A DNA stretch of 64,000 nt from Methanobacteriota archaeon (GTDB lineage Archaea > Thermoplasmatota > Poseidoniia > Poseidoniales > Thalassarchaeaceae), in assembly GCA_019654055.1 (NCBI GenBank), contig BPDA01000001.1, forward strand, positions 87,455 through 151,454, in the 5' to 3' direction. Below are positions 1 through 8,493 of this stretch, piece by piece. The position numbers and the translations under genes were made by a program. The notes below the pieces were generated by a model. The model ran no database searches and was not told the DNA's origin. It was given only the letters and a program-made list of their open reading frames with translations. Position 1 is the first letter of the stretch. Each line of letters opens with the position of its first letter.

Positions 1-1
1 G

Positions 2-409
2 ACCTTCGACCACGAGGCGGTCGGCCGCGGCAAGATCATACACGGAGACGGGGCGATTTACCAGAACGTCCGCTTCAAGGCCCTGATATTCACGATGGAG
101 AACAACGAGGTAGTAGATGGCGCCGTGTCCGAGGTCTCAGAGTACGGCGCCTTCGTCAGAATCGGCCCCGTCGAGGCCCTGCTACACAAGTCGCAGATAC
201 TCGACGAGCCTGTCCAAGTTCACCTCGGCACGCAGAATAAGAGGATTGAGGGCTCGCAGAGCGGCAAGCACCTCGAGGAGGGTAGCCCTGTACGCTCTAG
301 GATAGTATCCAAGTCGATTAACCAGAACGACCCGCGTTCCTCAAAGATCGGCCTGAACTGCAAGATGGACGGCTTGGGGGCCTTCGACTGGTTGGCGGAG
401 GACGACTGA
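2..409 (+). CDS. rpoE: DNA-directed RNA polymerase subunit E' (Rpo7/Rpb7 homologue), 5' end cut by window edge
   Basis: Frame open from base 2. Translation TFDHEAVGRGKIIHGDGAIYQNVRFKALIFTMENNEVVDGAVSEVSEYGAFVRIGPVEALLHKSQI shows the S1-fold C-terminal half of RpoE'/Rpb7. spt4 follows 1 nt later, the conserved archaeal pairing. Confidence 0.85.
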   Translation, partial: TFDHEAVGRGKIIHGDGAIYQNVRFKALIFTMENNEVVDGAVSEVSEYGAFVRIGPVEALLHKSQILDEPVQVHLGTQNKRIEGSQSGKHLEEGSPVRSRIVSKSINQNDPRSSKIGLNCKMDGLGAFDWLAEDD

Positions 410-410
410 G

Positions 411-629
411 ATGGTCAAGCAGCCCTTCGCCTGCGGCGAGTGCAACAGAATCCTTCCCGATCCCGAGAAGAAGAGCGACCCTCCGCAGTGCATGCACTGC
501 CCGAGCGCCCCAGTCACTACCGACTGGCAGGGATTCGTGGTGATACTGCACCCCGAGCGCTCCGAGGTCGCAAAGAGACTCAACGTCACCGAGGCCGGTA
601 ACTACGCGCTCAAGGTAAACATCCGTTAG
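411..629 (+). CDS. spt4: transcription elongation factor Spt4 (RpoE'')
   Basis: 72 aa with a four-Cys zinc ribbon (CGEC...CMHC) followed by WQGFVVILHPERSEVAKRL. Sits immediately downstream of rpoE'. Confidence 0.85.
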   Translation: MVKQPFACGECNRILPDPEKKSDPPQCMHCPSAPVTTDWQGFVVILHPERSEVAKRLNVTEAGNYALKVNIR

Positions 630-642
630 AGGAGGGGATTCG

Positions 643-1005
643 ATGGAGGTCTTGGAAAGGAAGGATAATCCGCTGCTAGACAGGGTGGAGATTAGGTTCG
701 TGTGGAACCACGACAGCTCCCGAACACCATCGCGCAGAGAGATGGTGGCAGCGGCCGCCAAGGCGGAGCCTGGCGCCAAGCAGGAACTCGTCTTCGTCAA
801 GGAGGTCAGTACTCGGTACGGCCGCCCTCAGACCACCGGTCTGGCACTCATATACGGCTCATCCGAGTCGGCAGCACTAGAGCCCGAGTACGTGAAGGTC
901 AGGCATGGGGCGGAGCCCGAGCCCAAGACCGAGACTCCGGAAGCATCCGAGACCGCGCCAGCCGAGGAGGCAGCCGAGGGCAAATCAGAGGATGGTGACG
1001 AGTGA
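643..1005 (+). CDS. rps24e: 30S ribosomal protein S24e (acidic C-terminal extension)
   Basis: MEVLERKDNPLLDRVEIRF...ELVFVKEVSTRYGRPQTTGLALIYGS matches the S24e pattern. GGAGG lies 7 nt upstream. Stop overlaps the next start (TGATG). Confidence 0.85.
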   Translation: MEVLERKDNPLLDRVEIRFVWNHDSSRTPSRREMVAAAAKAEPGAKQELVFVKEVSTRYGRPQTTGLALIYGSSESAALEPEYVKVRHGAEPEPKTETPEASETAPAEEAAEGKSEDGDE

Positions 1006-1172
1006 TGGGCGAGGGGCCGAACCCTAACGGCAAGCACTCGAAGTACTCCGTCGAGGACGGGAAGATGATCAGGAAGGGCGAGTTCTGCCCCAACTGCGGC
1101 CCAGGGGTCTTCCTAGGGATTCACGATGACCGCAAGGTCTGCGGCAAGTGCGGCCACTCGACTCAGTCCTAG
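1005..1172 (+). CDS. rps27ae: 30S ribosomal protein S27ae (eS31)
   Basis: 55-aa ORF below the ORF-track cutoff: MGEGPNPNGKHSKYSVEDGKMIRKGEFCPNCGPGVFLGIHDDRKVCGKCGHSTQS. It has a C4 zinc ribbon and the canonical S24e-S27ae order. Confidence 0.8.
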   Translation: MGEGPNPNGKHSKYSVEDGKMIRKGEFCPNCGPGVFLGIHDDRKVCGKCGHSTQS

Positions 1173-2077
1173 TGTCCCTGCCTGTGATTGCTCCAGACAC
1201 CGTCGTTGGTGAGCACCCTATCTGCTAGGAGCCCCACTCCAATCTGACCCCTAGCAGCGAAATGGGCCACGCCGTCGCTCAGGACCCCGTCATGCCTCCA
1301 TCCTGTCCACCTCCAACTACCGCCTTCACAGGTCGCGTCGGTGACCGGGCCGGGCGTGCCTATCACCGACGGCTCGGACCCCAGTTCGTCGAGCAGCACT
1401 ATCCCTCCGCTGTTGAGGAGTAGTAGCCAACCGCCATCCTCGCTGTGCCTGACGCCGCTTAGAGTGTCAGGTAGCGAAATCGTCGTACTGAGAATCTGAC
1501 TCCCGTCTTCGATGTCCAATACACAGACTCCCCCCGCAGCGGACCAGATAGCCACGCTACCGTCCATCTCGTTGCTCGAGACCATGTGGTCCCGGGGCTT
1601 GAGTCCAGAGAGCTGAGGCCACTCTGGGTACGGGGCGCGCCACAGCTCAGTAGCATCGAAACCGATCTTGTAGACACCCCTACGCAGCGTGGCGAAGACC
1701 AGCCCTCCCTCCACTCCGGAGACGGCCATGGGCTCAGCATCGAGGAATCTGGACCACACCGAGGAGGAGGGCATCAAGTCATCCGAATCCGCCCTCTGCC
1801 TAAGCACGTCCCTGCCAGCCCCTGTGACCCACTCCCCGTCCAGCGGCAGAGCGGCCATTCTAGCCTGCTGCATCTCGTGCTCGACCCAAGTCCCGACCCA
1901 GATGCCATCGAGCACCGCGCCCTCGGTCACGGAGGCTGGAAACGGGGTGACGGGCTGGTGCATGGGCGCCCCCATGCCATCGACCCTGACCAACTCCCCT
2001 AAGCTACCCACCACCACGGTGGCGGAGTCGCCTCGGTCGACCCTCATCGGCTGGAAGCCCAGTTGCGCTTCGTCCAT
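1169..2077 (-). CDS. hypothetical protein, possible PQQ-like beta-propeller repeats
   Basis: 302-aa ORF with repeated G-G-x-V/L-x-L-D-x-x-G/D strands (GGVCVLDIEDGSQI, GGIVLLDELGSEP, GGLVFATLRRGVYKI). No signal peptide seen. Confidence 0.45.
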   Translation of the reverse strand: MDEAQLGFQPMRVDRGDSATVVVGSLGELVRVDGMGAPMHQPVTPFPASVTEGAVLDGIWVGTWVEHEMQQARMAALPLDGEWVTGAGRDVLRQRADSDDLMPSSSVWSRFLDAEPMAVSGVEGGLVFATLRRGVYKIGFDATELWRAPYPEWPQLSGLKPRDHMVSSNEMDGSVAIWSAAGGVCVLDIEDGSQILSTTISLPDTLSGVRHSEDGGWLLLLNSGGIVLLDELGSEPSVIGTPGPVTDATCEGGSWRWTGWRHDGVLSDGVAHFAARGQIGVGLLADRVLTNDGVWSNHRQGH

Positions 2078-2148
2078 AGCAGGCGCCTCACCCGACCATG
2101 CTTGAAGGTGTGGCTGATGGGATTAAGGCATGACTCCCATCGCCAGCC

Positions 2149-3093
2149 GTGGTCACCCTATTGCTCGCATCGAGTGCCGATGTCGCCTCGATTAACCTGC
2201 ATCATGCCTTGCTGCGCCTCGGAGGGTGGGAAGATGTCGGTGACTTGGGTCACGGGGAGCTGAGGGTTCATGGAACCCGTCCTGTGCACCTGCTTCTGAT
2301 AGAGGATTTACACATCAATGCCGACGGCATTGACCGTACACACGAGGAGGCAACCGGATGCAGCGTCGACGAGATACTCGTGCTGTCGCGCCACGTGTCG
2401 GCGACCGAGATTCCTGCATTGACTCTACATGCCATCGGTTTACCGGGGGAGGTCCCCCACGGCGAGAGGGGGCAGGCAGGCGGCACGAAGGGGTCGGTCG
2501 TACCGCCCTCACCCCGCTTCGCCTCGTTATTCAGGTCCATGCTGACTATGGCCCGCTCGCACGGGTTGGACGAAGAGTTCGACCTGACTCTGGAGACGAC
2601 TCACCACGGCCCACTGCTCGACCGGCCCGCACTGTACATCGAGATTGGCTCCACGGAGGGAGAGTGGAGCAGCGTTCCGGCGGCCAATCTGTGGGCCGAG
2701 GTGATCTCCGACAACCTCGGCCTATCTGGTGAAGAGCCCGTTCAGTGGGTCCCTGGAGGCGAGGTGATGATCGGTCTAGGTGGAGGCCACTACGCGCCTC
2801 GCCACAAGGCAGTGCTCTCTGAGTCAGACCTGTGGGTGGGCCACCTACTGGCAAACTACGCCATTCCCTTCGAGGAACCAATCGAGGGAGAGGAGCCCGG
2901 CGGAGCATGGAGACACTCCATCCAGACCTCAGTGGAGTCGACGCTGTCGGCGTTTCCCGGAGCGAGTTTGTTCGCTCACCTAGACCGGAAGTCATTCAAA
3001 GGCTGGCAGAGGAAGGCAATTCTGGATCTCCTTAGCGACCTCGACGTCCCTGTGAGGCGAGGCAGGGAACTGAACCGAGACTCGCAATTGTGA
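2149..3093 (+). CDS. dtdA: D-aminoacyl-tRNA deacylase, archaeal type (DtdA/GEK1 family)
   Basis: LLLASSADVASINL near the N-terminus, SRHVSATEIPALTLHAIG, LETTHHGP and GGGHYAPRH motifs. GTG start. Confidence 0.8.
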   Translation: MVTLLLASSADVASINLHHALLRLGGWEDVGDLGHGELRVHGTRPVHLLLIEDLHINADGIDRTHEEATGCSVDEILVLSRHVSATEIPALTLHAIGLPGEVPHGERGQAGGTKGSVVPPSPRFASLFRSMLTMARSHGLDEEFDLTLETTHHGPLLDRPALYIEIGSTEGEWSSVPAANLWAEVISDNLGLSGEEPVQWVPGGEVMIGLGGGHYAPRHKAVLSESDLWVGHLLANYAIPFEEPIEGEEPGGAWRHSIQTSVESTLSAFPGASLFAHLDRKSFKGWQRKAILDLLSDLDVPVRRGRELNRDSQL

Positions 3094-4097
3094 AGTCTCT
3101 CCCCACGTTGCAGCAACTGATGAGACTGCTCGGGCAACTTATCGTCACCATGATGCCGGTCACTCCGAGATTCTTCGTCCAGTGGGTCGCAAAGAGGTAC
3201 GTTGCCGGGTCCGACATGGACAGCGCCATACGACTGATGAGGGAAATGAGCGAGGAAGGGGCGTGCTTCACGGTCGATGTGCTGGGCGAGGAGATCAACT
3301 CGATGGACGAGGCTGGGTTCTTCATCGAGGAGTACTCGAGGCTGATTGACTCGATAGCCGAGAACGAATTGGACGCAAACATCTCAATCAAACCCACAGC
3401 GTTCGGCCTCCTCATTGAACCCGAATCCGCATTGGAAAACATCGAGAGACTCCTCAGGAAGGCAGCTGAGCATGACATGTTCGTCCGCTTGGACATGGAG
3501 GACCACAGAGTCACCGAGTCCACGATAGAAGTCTGCCAAGTCATGCACGATAAGGGCCTCACGAACATCGGAGTGGTGCTCCAAGGCAGGTTGTTCAGAA
3601 CTCTCTCTGACGTCTCGAGAGTATGCGACAGCACCGGCGAGCAAACTGACTTCAGGATTTGTAAGGGCATCTACCTCGAGCCCGAGAACATTGCTCACAC
3701 CTCCTACAGAGGGATAGTCGATGCAACCAATGACGCGATAGATGCGATGCTCGACTCGGGCGCATACACCGCCATCGCCTCGCACGACGACCCGGTAATC
3801 TCCCATGCACTCGCCTCCCTGAGGAAGAGGGGAATGGGGCCTGACGTGCCAGACCCTAGGTATCACGAGGAGCCGCTGCGTTCGGCAGGCAAGGGGGCGG
3901 GATACGAGTTCCAGTTCCTATTGGGAGTCAGGGGTGATGTCAGGCGCAAGCTCTCCGAGAAGGGGCACAGGACCAGGGTATACGTCCCCTACGGGACCAA
4001 ATGGTACGAGTACAGCATGCGCCGACTCCGTGAGAACCCGGAGGTGGCTATCCACGTCACCAAGGCACTGCTGATGCCCTGGACCAACAGGCGCTAG
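3090..4097 (+). CDS. proline dehydrogenase (monofunctional PRODH)
   Basis: KRYVAGSDMDSAI...FTVDVLGEE, ISIKPTAFGL, FRICKGIYLEPE and SHDD motifs of the PutA-type PRODH barrel. 4-nt overlap with dtdA. Confidence 0.8.
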   Translation: MKSLPTLQQLMRLLGQLIVTMMPVTPRFFVQWVAKRYVAGSDMDSAIRLMREMSEEGACFTVDVLGEEINSMDEAGFFIEEYSRLIDSIAENELDANISIKPTAFGLLIEPESALENIERLLRKAAEHDMFVRLDMEDHRVTESTIEVCQVMHDKGLTNIGVVLQGRLFRTLSDVSRVCDSTGEQTDFRICKGIYLEPENIAHTSYRGIVDATNDAIDAMLDSGAYTAIASHDDPVISHALASLRKRGMGPDVPDPRYHEEPLRSAGKGAGYEFQFLLGVRGDVRRKLSEKGHRTRVYVPYGTKWYEYSMRRLRENPEVAIHVTKALLMPWTNRR

Positions 4098-4699
4098 CCG
4101 CCAGAGCCAACCGGATGGAGGTACATCCTCCTGAGCTCTCCTGCCGTCCTGCTCCCGCGCAGCGTCCTGCCCTTACCCGTATGCAGGGCACGAATCCTCC
4201 ACTTCCTGCCTTCGACCTCGAGGACCTCCCCGCACGAGAAGACCCTGTCGGGTTCGCACTCGATGCTAGAGGAGCTACTGCTCTCGCCATCGGTCAGCGT
4301 CATCCTCACCACGGCCCTGTCTCGCCTCACAGCCCACATCGCGCGGATTTCAGAGGCGCCCAGCGTATCCCGCGGCTGCGAGGCATCGCCGTCTATTCGA
4401 GTCACCTCCCAGAGCGCGTCAGCGTGCTCGAAGACGTCGCCCACGGAGATCACTTCGTCCTCGTCTACCTCGATGTTGCCTGCCTCGCTATCACTGCCAT
4501 CGGACAGGGTCGCCATAACAGCCACAGCCTTGGGAGGACGAATTTCGATAGTGTGAACTCGACCACACTCGACACATCTGGATAGGACGTCGTCACCTTC
4601 GCCCCTCTGAGTCCTGCGCAAGACCTCGTGACTGGTGCTCGTCGAGCAATCCGGGCAGATGGCAGAGCCATCCCCCTCGCCTTCGTCCTCAGTACGCAC
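4094..4699 (-). CDS. archaeal zinc-finger protein (COG1326 / HVO_0476-like)
   Basis: CPDC...HEVL...RCVECGRVH ribbon, then two beta-rich modules (VISVGDVF...WEVTRI and FSCGEVLEVEGRKWRIRAL). Same layout as the haloarchaeal HVO_0476 family as I recall it. Confidence 0.65.
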   Translation of the reverse strand: MRTEDEGEGDGSAICPDCSTSTSHEVLRRTQRGEGDDVLSRCVECGRVHTIEIRPPKAVAVMATLSDGSDSEAGNIEVDEDEVISVGDVFEHADALWEVTRIDGDASQPRDTLGASEIRAMWAVRRDRAVVRMTLTDGESSSSSSIECEPDRVFSCGEVLEVEGRKWRIRALHTGKGRTLRGSRTAGELRRMYLHPVGSGG

Positions 4700-4771
4700 G
4701 ACACCCCGGTTTTCACCCCTCTATTGAAGCCATCCACGCATGCGATGATTGAATAGAAGCACCCATGAGGG

Positions 4772-5569
4772 ATGTCCATGGACTCGGGTGGCAGCGGATT
4801 CGGCCTGCCACAGATGTCCCACCGAGAGATGCTCGACAGGCTGCTTTGCGAGGACACTGAGCGAGGCGATTCTGAGCCAGCCATCGCTGCCGGTATAGGG
4901 GAGCAGATGCTGCACATGAGCCTGAGGCCGCTGCCGCGCTCTATGAGGGCGAGGATTAGGGATGTCTGCTCGAGAGTCCCCGCGAGAAACGCCATGCTGG
5001 TCGGAGGGGGGATAGGCCATCTGTCCGCTTGGCTTCTGGACCTGTGGTGCGGCGACCCCGCCAATCCCCCCGAGAATCCTCCGTCTCATCCCGGATCGTT
5101 CAGGATAGTCGAGCCCGGGGGCAAGTTCGCAGTGATAATCGATCGGCTAATTCGCCGTCACGGTGCCGAGGACTGGGTCCAGATTATACAGACTCCGTGG
5201 GCCGAGTTGGCTGCTGAGGCAGCGACTTGGTCAGCTGCAAACGCCTCGCTTCCCGACTCGGCAGGAACATCCTCCCTACCGCTCCCACAGGACCTCATTA
5301 TCATCGATGCCCCTGAGGCGGAACGGGCGGCTACCGCAGCCACGGCATTCGAGCTTCTCTCTCCGGGAGGGGTGATGCTTGTGCAGGAGCCCGAGGTCCC
5401 GACCGGGGACGTAGGGCTGCCTTCTTCACCTTCAAGAATAACTCCCGCGCAGAGGAAGGTGGAGTCGTTCAACGCCTGGATAGAGTTCGCGAAGCAGGTC
5501 AGCGAGAGTCACTCCCTCGGTTTCGTGGAGCTTACAGGCGGGACGCTGGTTGTAGTGCGACGGGCCTGA
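4772..5569 (+). CDS. class I SAM-dependent O-methyltransferase-like protein (family 3 OMT-like)
   Basis: MLVGGGIGHLSAWLL (motif I), IIIDAPE, LLSPGGVMLVQE, and the C-terminal FNAWI...LGFVELTGGTLVVVRR typical of YrrM/CCoAOMT-type enzymes. Confidence 0.45.
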   Translation: MSMDSGGSGFGLPQMSHREMLDRLLCEDTERGDSEPAIAAGIGEQMLHMSLRPLPRSMRARIRDVCSRVPARNAMLVGGGIGHLSAWLLDLWCGDPANPPENPPSHPGSFRIVEPGGKFAVIIDRLIRRHGAEDWVQIIQTPWAELAAEAATWSAANASLPDSAGTSSLPLPQDLIIIDAPEAERAATAATAFELLSPGGVMLVQEPEVPTGDVGLPSSPSRITPAQRKVESFNAWIEFAKQVSESHSLGFVELTGGTLVVVRRA

Positions 5570-6873
5570 ACCCCCTCAGAGTGAGTTGCACCAAACTCCC
5601 TCGGACCGACCACCTCGCCATCTTGGGTCAGTGAACTCTCGTTTCCCAGCGCCTGCATCAGTAGGTCGACCCTGAGCAGTCCGTACCCATAGTGGTCGTC
5701 GTGCTCACTCTGCCCATCCTGCATCTGGGAGTTCTGCATGATGATACCCTTCATCTGCGCGACCGCCGAGGCCCCGCCTGAATCACCCTCCCTCTGCATC
5801 TCGGGGTGAGCCTCTAGAACCAATGCCAGCGCTCCGGACACCCAGGCGGTAGCGGCCGATGTGCCACTGGACCAACCCCACCACGCGCCGTTCCCAATCC
5901 CACTGGCCATGAGAACCGGGACCTCGTGAGCAGGGGCAACGAGCTCGGGCTTTTTGTCGGGGTCGTCGCGAGGCAGGATAGGATTGGGCCATATCCGTCC
6001 GTTGTTGTCGCCCTCCGAGCTACCTGTCCAGATGCCTCCTGACCTAGTGACGCCACCCACGCAGATAACGTCATCGACCGATCCCGGCGACTCCACGTCC
6101 CCGTCATCGTCCTCACCGTCGTTGCCTGCTGCGGCGACTACGAACACCCCTTCGTCGATGGCATCCTCCACGGATTCCTCGAGCGCGTCGCTGGTGAGGA
6201 AACCGGAGCCGAATCCCTGATCTCCGCCCAGGCTCAGGGAGACGATGTCCGCCTGATTGTCCACGCACCAGTCGACGGCCAAGGCTATCTGCTCGTCGTC
6301 ACCCGTACCTCCTTCGTCGATGGCCTTGGCCACGAGAAGGCTGACTCCAGAGGCGATGCCATTCAAGCCGTCGTTGGCCACCACGATTCCCGCCATCGCA
6401 GTGCCGTGTCCCTCGTTGTCATACGGCTCGTCCACGCCATCCACCGCATCTAGCCAGCCCGCCAGCTCTAGGCCCTCAAGGTCGGGGTGCCCCATGTCGA
6501 CTCCTGAATCGACGATGCAAAGGACCACTCCGGTTCCGTCACCCTGTACCGAATCCAGTCCGGTAAGGTCCCTGTACTCGTCCTCCCAGGTAAGCAGCGC
6601 CGACGCAGGCCCCCCTATACTGACATCCTCGACCTCGGCCCAGACCCAGAGGAGCATCACCGCCACACTCAGAAGCACGATGACGGTTGCAGATGCGCCT
6701 ATCACTAGGCCGAGGGCATCCTTGCTGAGCCTCCTCTCCTCCTCCCCGCCGAATTCCGGAACAGGCACCCCCTCGGAGTGCTCCGTCTCGAAAGCTTCGG
6801 CGACGTCCGAGACGTCATCGTCCTTCCACCAGTCGCGCTCCACCATGTTATGCCCACACTCGGGCGCCTGCAT
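5509..6873 (-). CDS. membrane-anchored subtilisin-like serine protease (peptidase S8)
   Basis: Catalytic triad motifs CIVDSGVDMGHPDL (Asp), EGHGTAMAGIVVA (His) and GTSAATAWVSGALAL (Ser). N-terminal TM segment LGLVIGASATVIVLLSVAVMLLWVW. 3' end overlaps the convergent gene by 61 nt. Confidence 0.85.
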   Translation of the reverse strand: MQAPECGHNMVERDWWKDDDVSDVAEAFETEHSEGVPVPEFGGEEERRLSKDALGLVIGASATVIVLLSVAVMLLWVWAEVEDVSIGGPASALLTWEDEYRDLTGLDSVQGDGTGVVLCIVDSGVDMGHPDLEGLELAGWLDAVDGVDEPYDNEGHGTAMAGIVVANDGLNGIASGVSLLVAKAIDEGGTGDDEQIALAVDWCVDNQADIVSLSLGGDQGFGSGFLTSDALEESVEDAIDEGVFVVAAAGNDGEDDDGDVESPGSVDDVICVGGVTRSGGIWTGSSEGDNNGRIWPNPILPRDDPDKKPELVAPAHEVPVLMASGIGNGAWWGWSSGTSAATAWVSGALALVLEAHPEMQREGDSGGASAVAQMKGIIMQNSQMQDGQSEHDDHYGYGLLRVDLLMQALGNESSLTQDGEVVGPREFGATHSEGVQARRTTTSVPPVSSTKPRE

Positions 6874-6903
6874 CCCTTGAATGCTCGGCAGCCACGTTAG
6901 CGC

Positions 6904-8049
6904 CTACCATGCCTCGGGCCTGCTGAAGTGGCTAACTATCGTCGTGTTGGACCTGCAGCTCGGACACTCGATGCGAATGGGCAGCACGGATTCACATTCG
7001 GGGCAAGACGTACCCGGCTTACCTGAGCCTGTACACTCCTGAGCACACGGCACCTCGATGGCCCCACTCTCGTGCCGCACCGCTGGCGTAGAACCGCTGC
7101 AGATAGGGCATTTTCCCTGCTCGACCTGGGCCACGGGGCCCGTGGATTCTCCGGCCACCTCCCTCGCTCTGACCGACTGAATCCTGTCACCGGCCCCCCC
7201 GAGCATGAAATGGGGATACCACAGCACGTGCATCAGAAAGGCCGCAGAGAGGAATCCAGTGATTACGAACATCGCGACGGTCAATTCGCTGTAGTCCTCA
7301 ATCGGCGGCCTCTGGGCAATCGCGTGCGAGCCGGACCAAGACATCAGGTTGACCATAATCATCCACATTCCGAGGCTGAGACTCCATGCTCTCAGGCTAT
7401 GGTCCCTCCACGCCTTCTGGACGACGCGGGGGTCTGGATGAGAATGACGCTCCTCGACGTGGATGTCTCTAGTCTCAATCACGGCGCGGTGCACGACCAC
7501 GATGGACAGGAAGAACAGCACTACGTTCGAGATCAACAGAATCACCCAGTCCATGCCCGTTGACTCCCAGGGGAAGTCGGGCGACCCCGAGTGCGAGCTT
7601 ATCGCGCCCATCTGCACAGCCATCATCGCTATCCACAAGTACACCAAGTTCTCCCTCATTATCGGGTATCTGGTCCAGAGCGTGACGAATACCCCCGTCC
7701 ATGCGATTATCGACAGCAGGGCCAGCATTAGTGACAGGTCAGACAGGTTCTGGAAGCCACTGAGGCCCACGCGGTTGTAGTCACCACCCCCTGTGAATTC
7801 CCCTACCCCGAGATCCCAGGCCCCGAGCACCATACCCGCGAAAGCCAGAGCTAGGCAAGTCAGTTCGCCGACCCCCCACTGCCTCCTAATCATCGCAAGG
7901 TGAAACGCGAAATCCTCCGCGAAGATGTCTAGAGGGGCCAGCCTCGGGTCCCTATCTGCGAACTTCCAAGGCAGTTGCACATCAGTCAGGCGCAACGGCT
8001 CCGTACTCGACGCGGCACCTGCTCCAGGCCCAACTCCGTCCTCATCCAC
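6904..8049 (-). CDS. polytopic membrane protein with C-terminal multi-Zn-ribbon tail
   Basis: 381 aa with about 7 hydrophobic segments. The tail is GKCPICSGS...CAQECTGSGKPGTSCPECESVLPIRIECPSCRS. Confidence 0.55.
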   Translation of the reverse strand: MDEDGVGPGAGAASSTEPLRLTDVQLPWKFADRDPRLAPLDIFAEDFAFHLAMIRRQWGVGELTCLALAFAGMVLGAWDLGVGEFTGGGDYNRVGLSGFQNLSDLSLMLALLSIIAWTGVFVTLWTRYPIMRENLVYLWIAMMAVQMGAISSHSGSPDFPWESTGMDWVILLISNVVLFFLSIVVVHRAVIETRDIHVEERHSHPDPRVVQKAWRDHSLRAWSLSLGMWMIMVNLMSWSGSHAIAQRPPIEDYSELTVAMFVITGFLSAAFLMHVLWYPHFMLGGAGDRIQSVRAREVAGESTGPVAQVEQGKCPICSGSTPAVRHESGAIEVPCAQECTGSGKPGTSCPECESVLPIRIECPSCRSNTTIVSHFSRPEAW

Positions 8050-8120
8050 GCTAGCGCCGAATCAAGACACCGCATAAGGCACGCGCTGCGACGGTCCGGC
8101 TTAGCGCTGGTAGAGAGGAG

Positions 8121-8206
8121 TGGCGCCGAGAGGGAGATTTGAACTCCCGAGGGAAAATCCCACAAGATTTCCAGTCTTGCGCAATACCAGGCTATGCGAT
8201 CTCGGC
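8121..8206 (-). tRNA. tRNA-Ser (anticodon GGA), CCA encoded
   Basis: Reverse complement GCCGAGA..CAAGA-CTGGAAA-TCTTG..long variable arm..GGGAG-TTCAAAT-CTCCC-TCTCGGC-G-CCA folds as a class II cloverleaf. Confidence 0.9.
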
Positions 8207-8280
8207 AGGTATCCCGGCGAGCCGCACCAGTCACTTGAGTCTGTTGCAATACCTCCTCAATGCCGCGGACTCCGTAGTGG

Positions 8281-8286
8281 TTAAAT
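8281..8286 (+). promoter_or_regulatory. TATA-like box (TTAAAT) about 26-31 nt upstream of tRNA-Thr
   Basis: AT-rich hexamer in a GC-rich spacer at the expected archaeal promoter distance. Confidence 0.35.
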
Positions 8287-8311
8287 CGCGCCTAGCGATG
8301 GCCGGGACACT

Positions 8312-8386
8312 GCCACTGTGGCTTAGGGGTATAGCATCCCATTGGTAATGGGAAGGTCGGGAGTTCAAATCTCCCCAGTGGCTCCA
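8312..8386 (+). tRNA. tRNA-Thr (anticodon GGT), CCA encoded
   Basis: GCCACTG..TCCCA-TTGGTAA-TGGGA..GGGAG-TTCAAAT-CTCCC-CAGTGGC-T-CCA. Confidence 0.9.
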
Positions 8387-8464
8387 TCAACAACCTCTCA
8401 AAGGGACAAATTCAGAGGAGAAAAACCCTCTATATCCTCCTGTTCGTAGAACAGGACCAATTCA

Positions 8465-8473
8465 TTCATAATA
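8465..8473 (+). promoter_or_regulatory. TATA-like element (TTCATAATA) about 25 nt upstream of the ATG of the 2246-aa gene (leaderless-type layout)
   Basis: It is the only AT-rich block in the spacer. No GGAGG lies between it and the ATG at 8494. Confidence 0.3.
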
Positions 8474-8493
8474 CCCCAAACCCACGTAGGTGC

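Noticed and set aside
5509-5569. 61-nt convergent overlap between the methyltransferase-like gene and the subtilase gene, considered as a possible regulatory antisense arrangement or another indel
   Set aside because: Both C-termini read plausibly, and I cannot show a frameshift. This is probably an ordinary overlap or a slightly mis-set stop, with not enough evidence for a claim.
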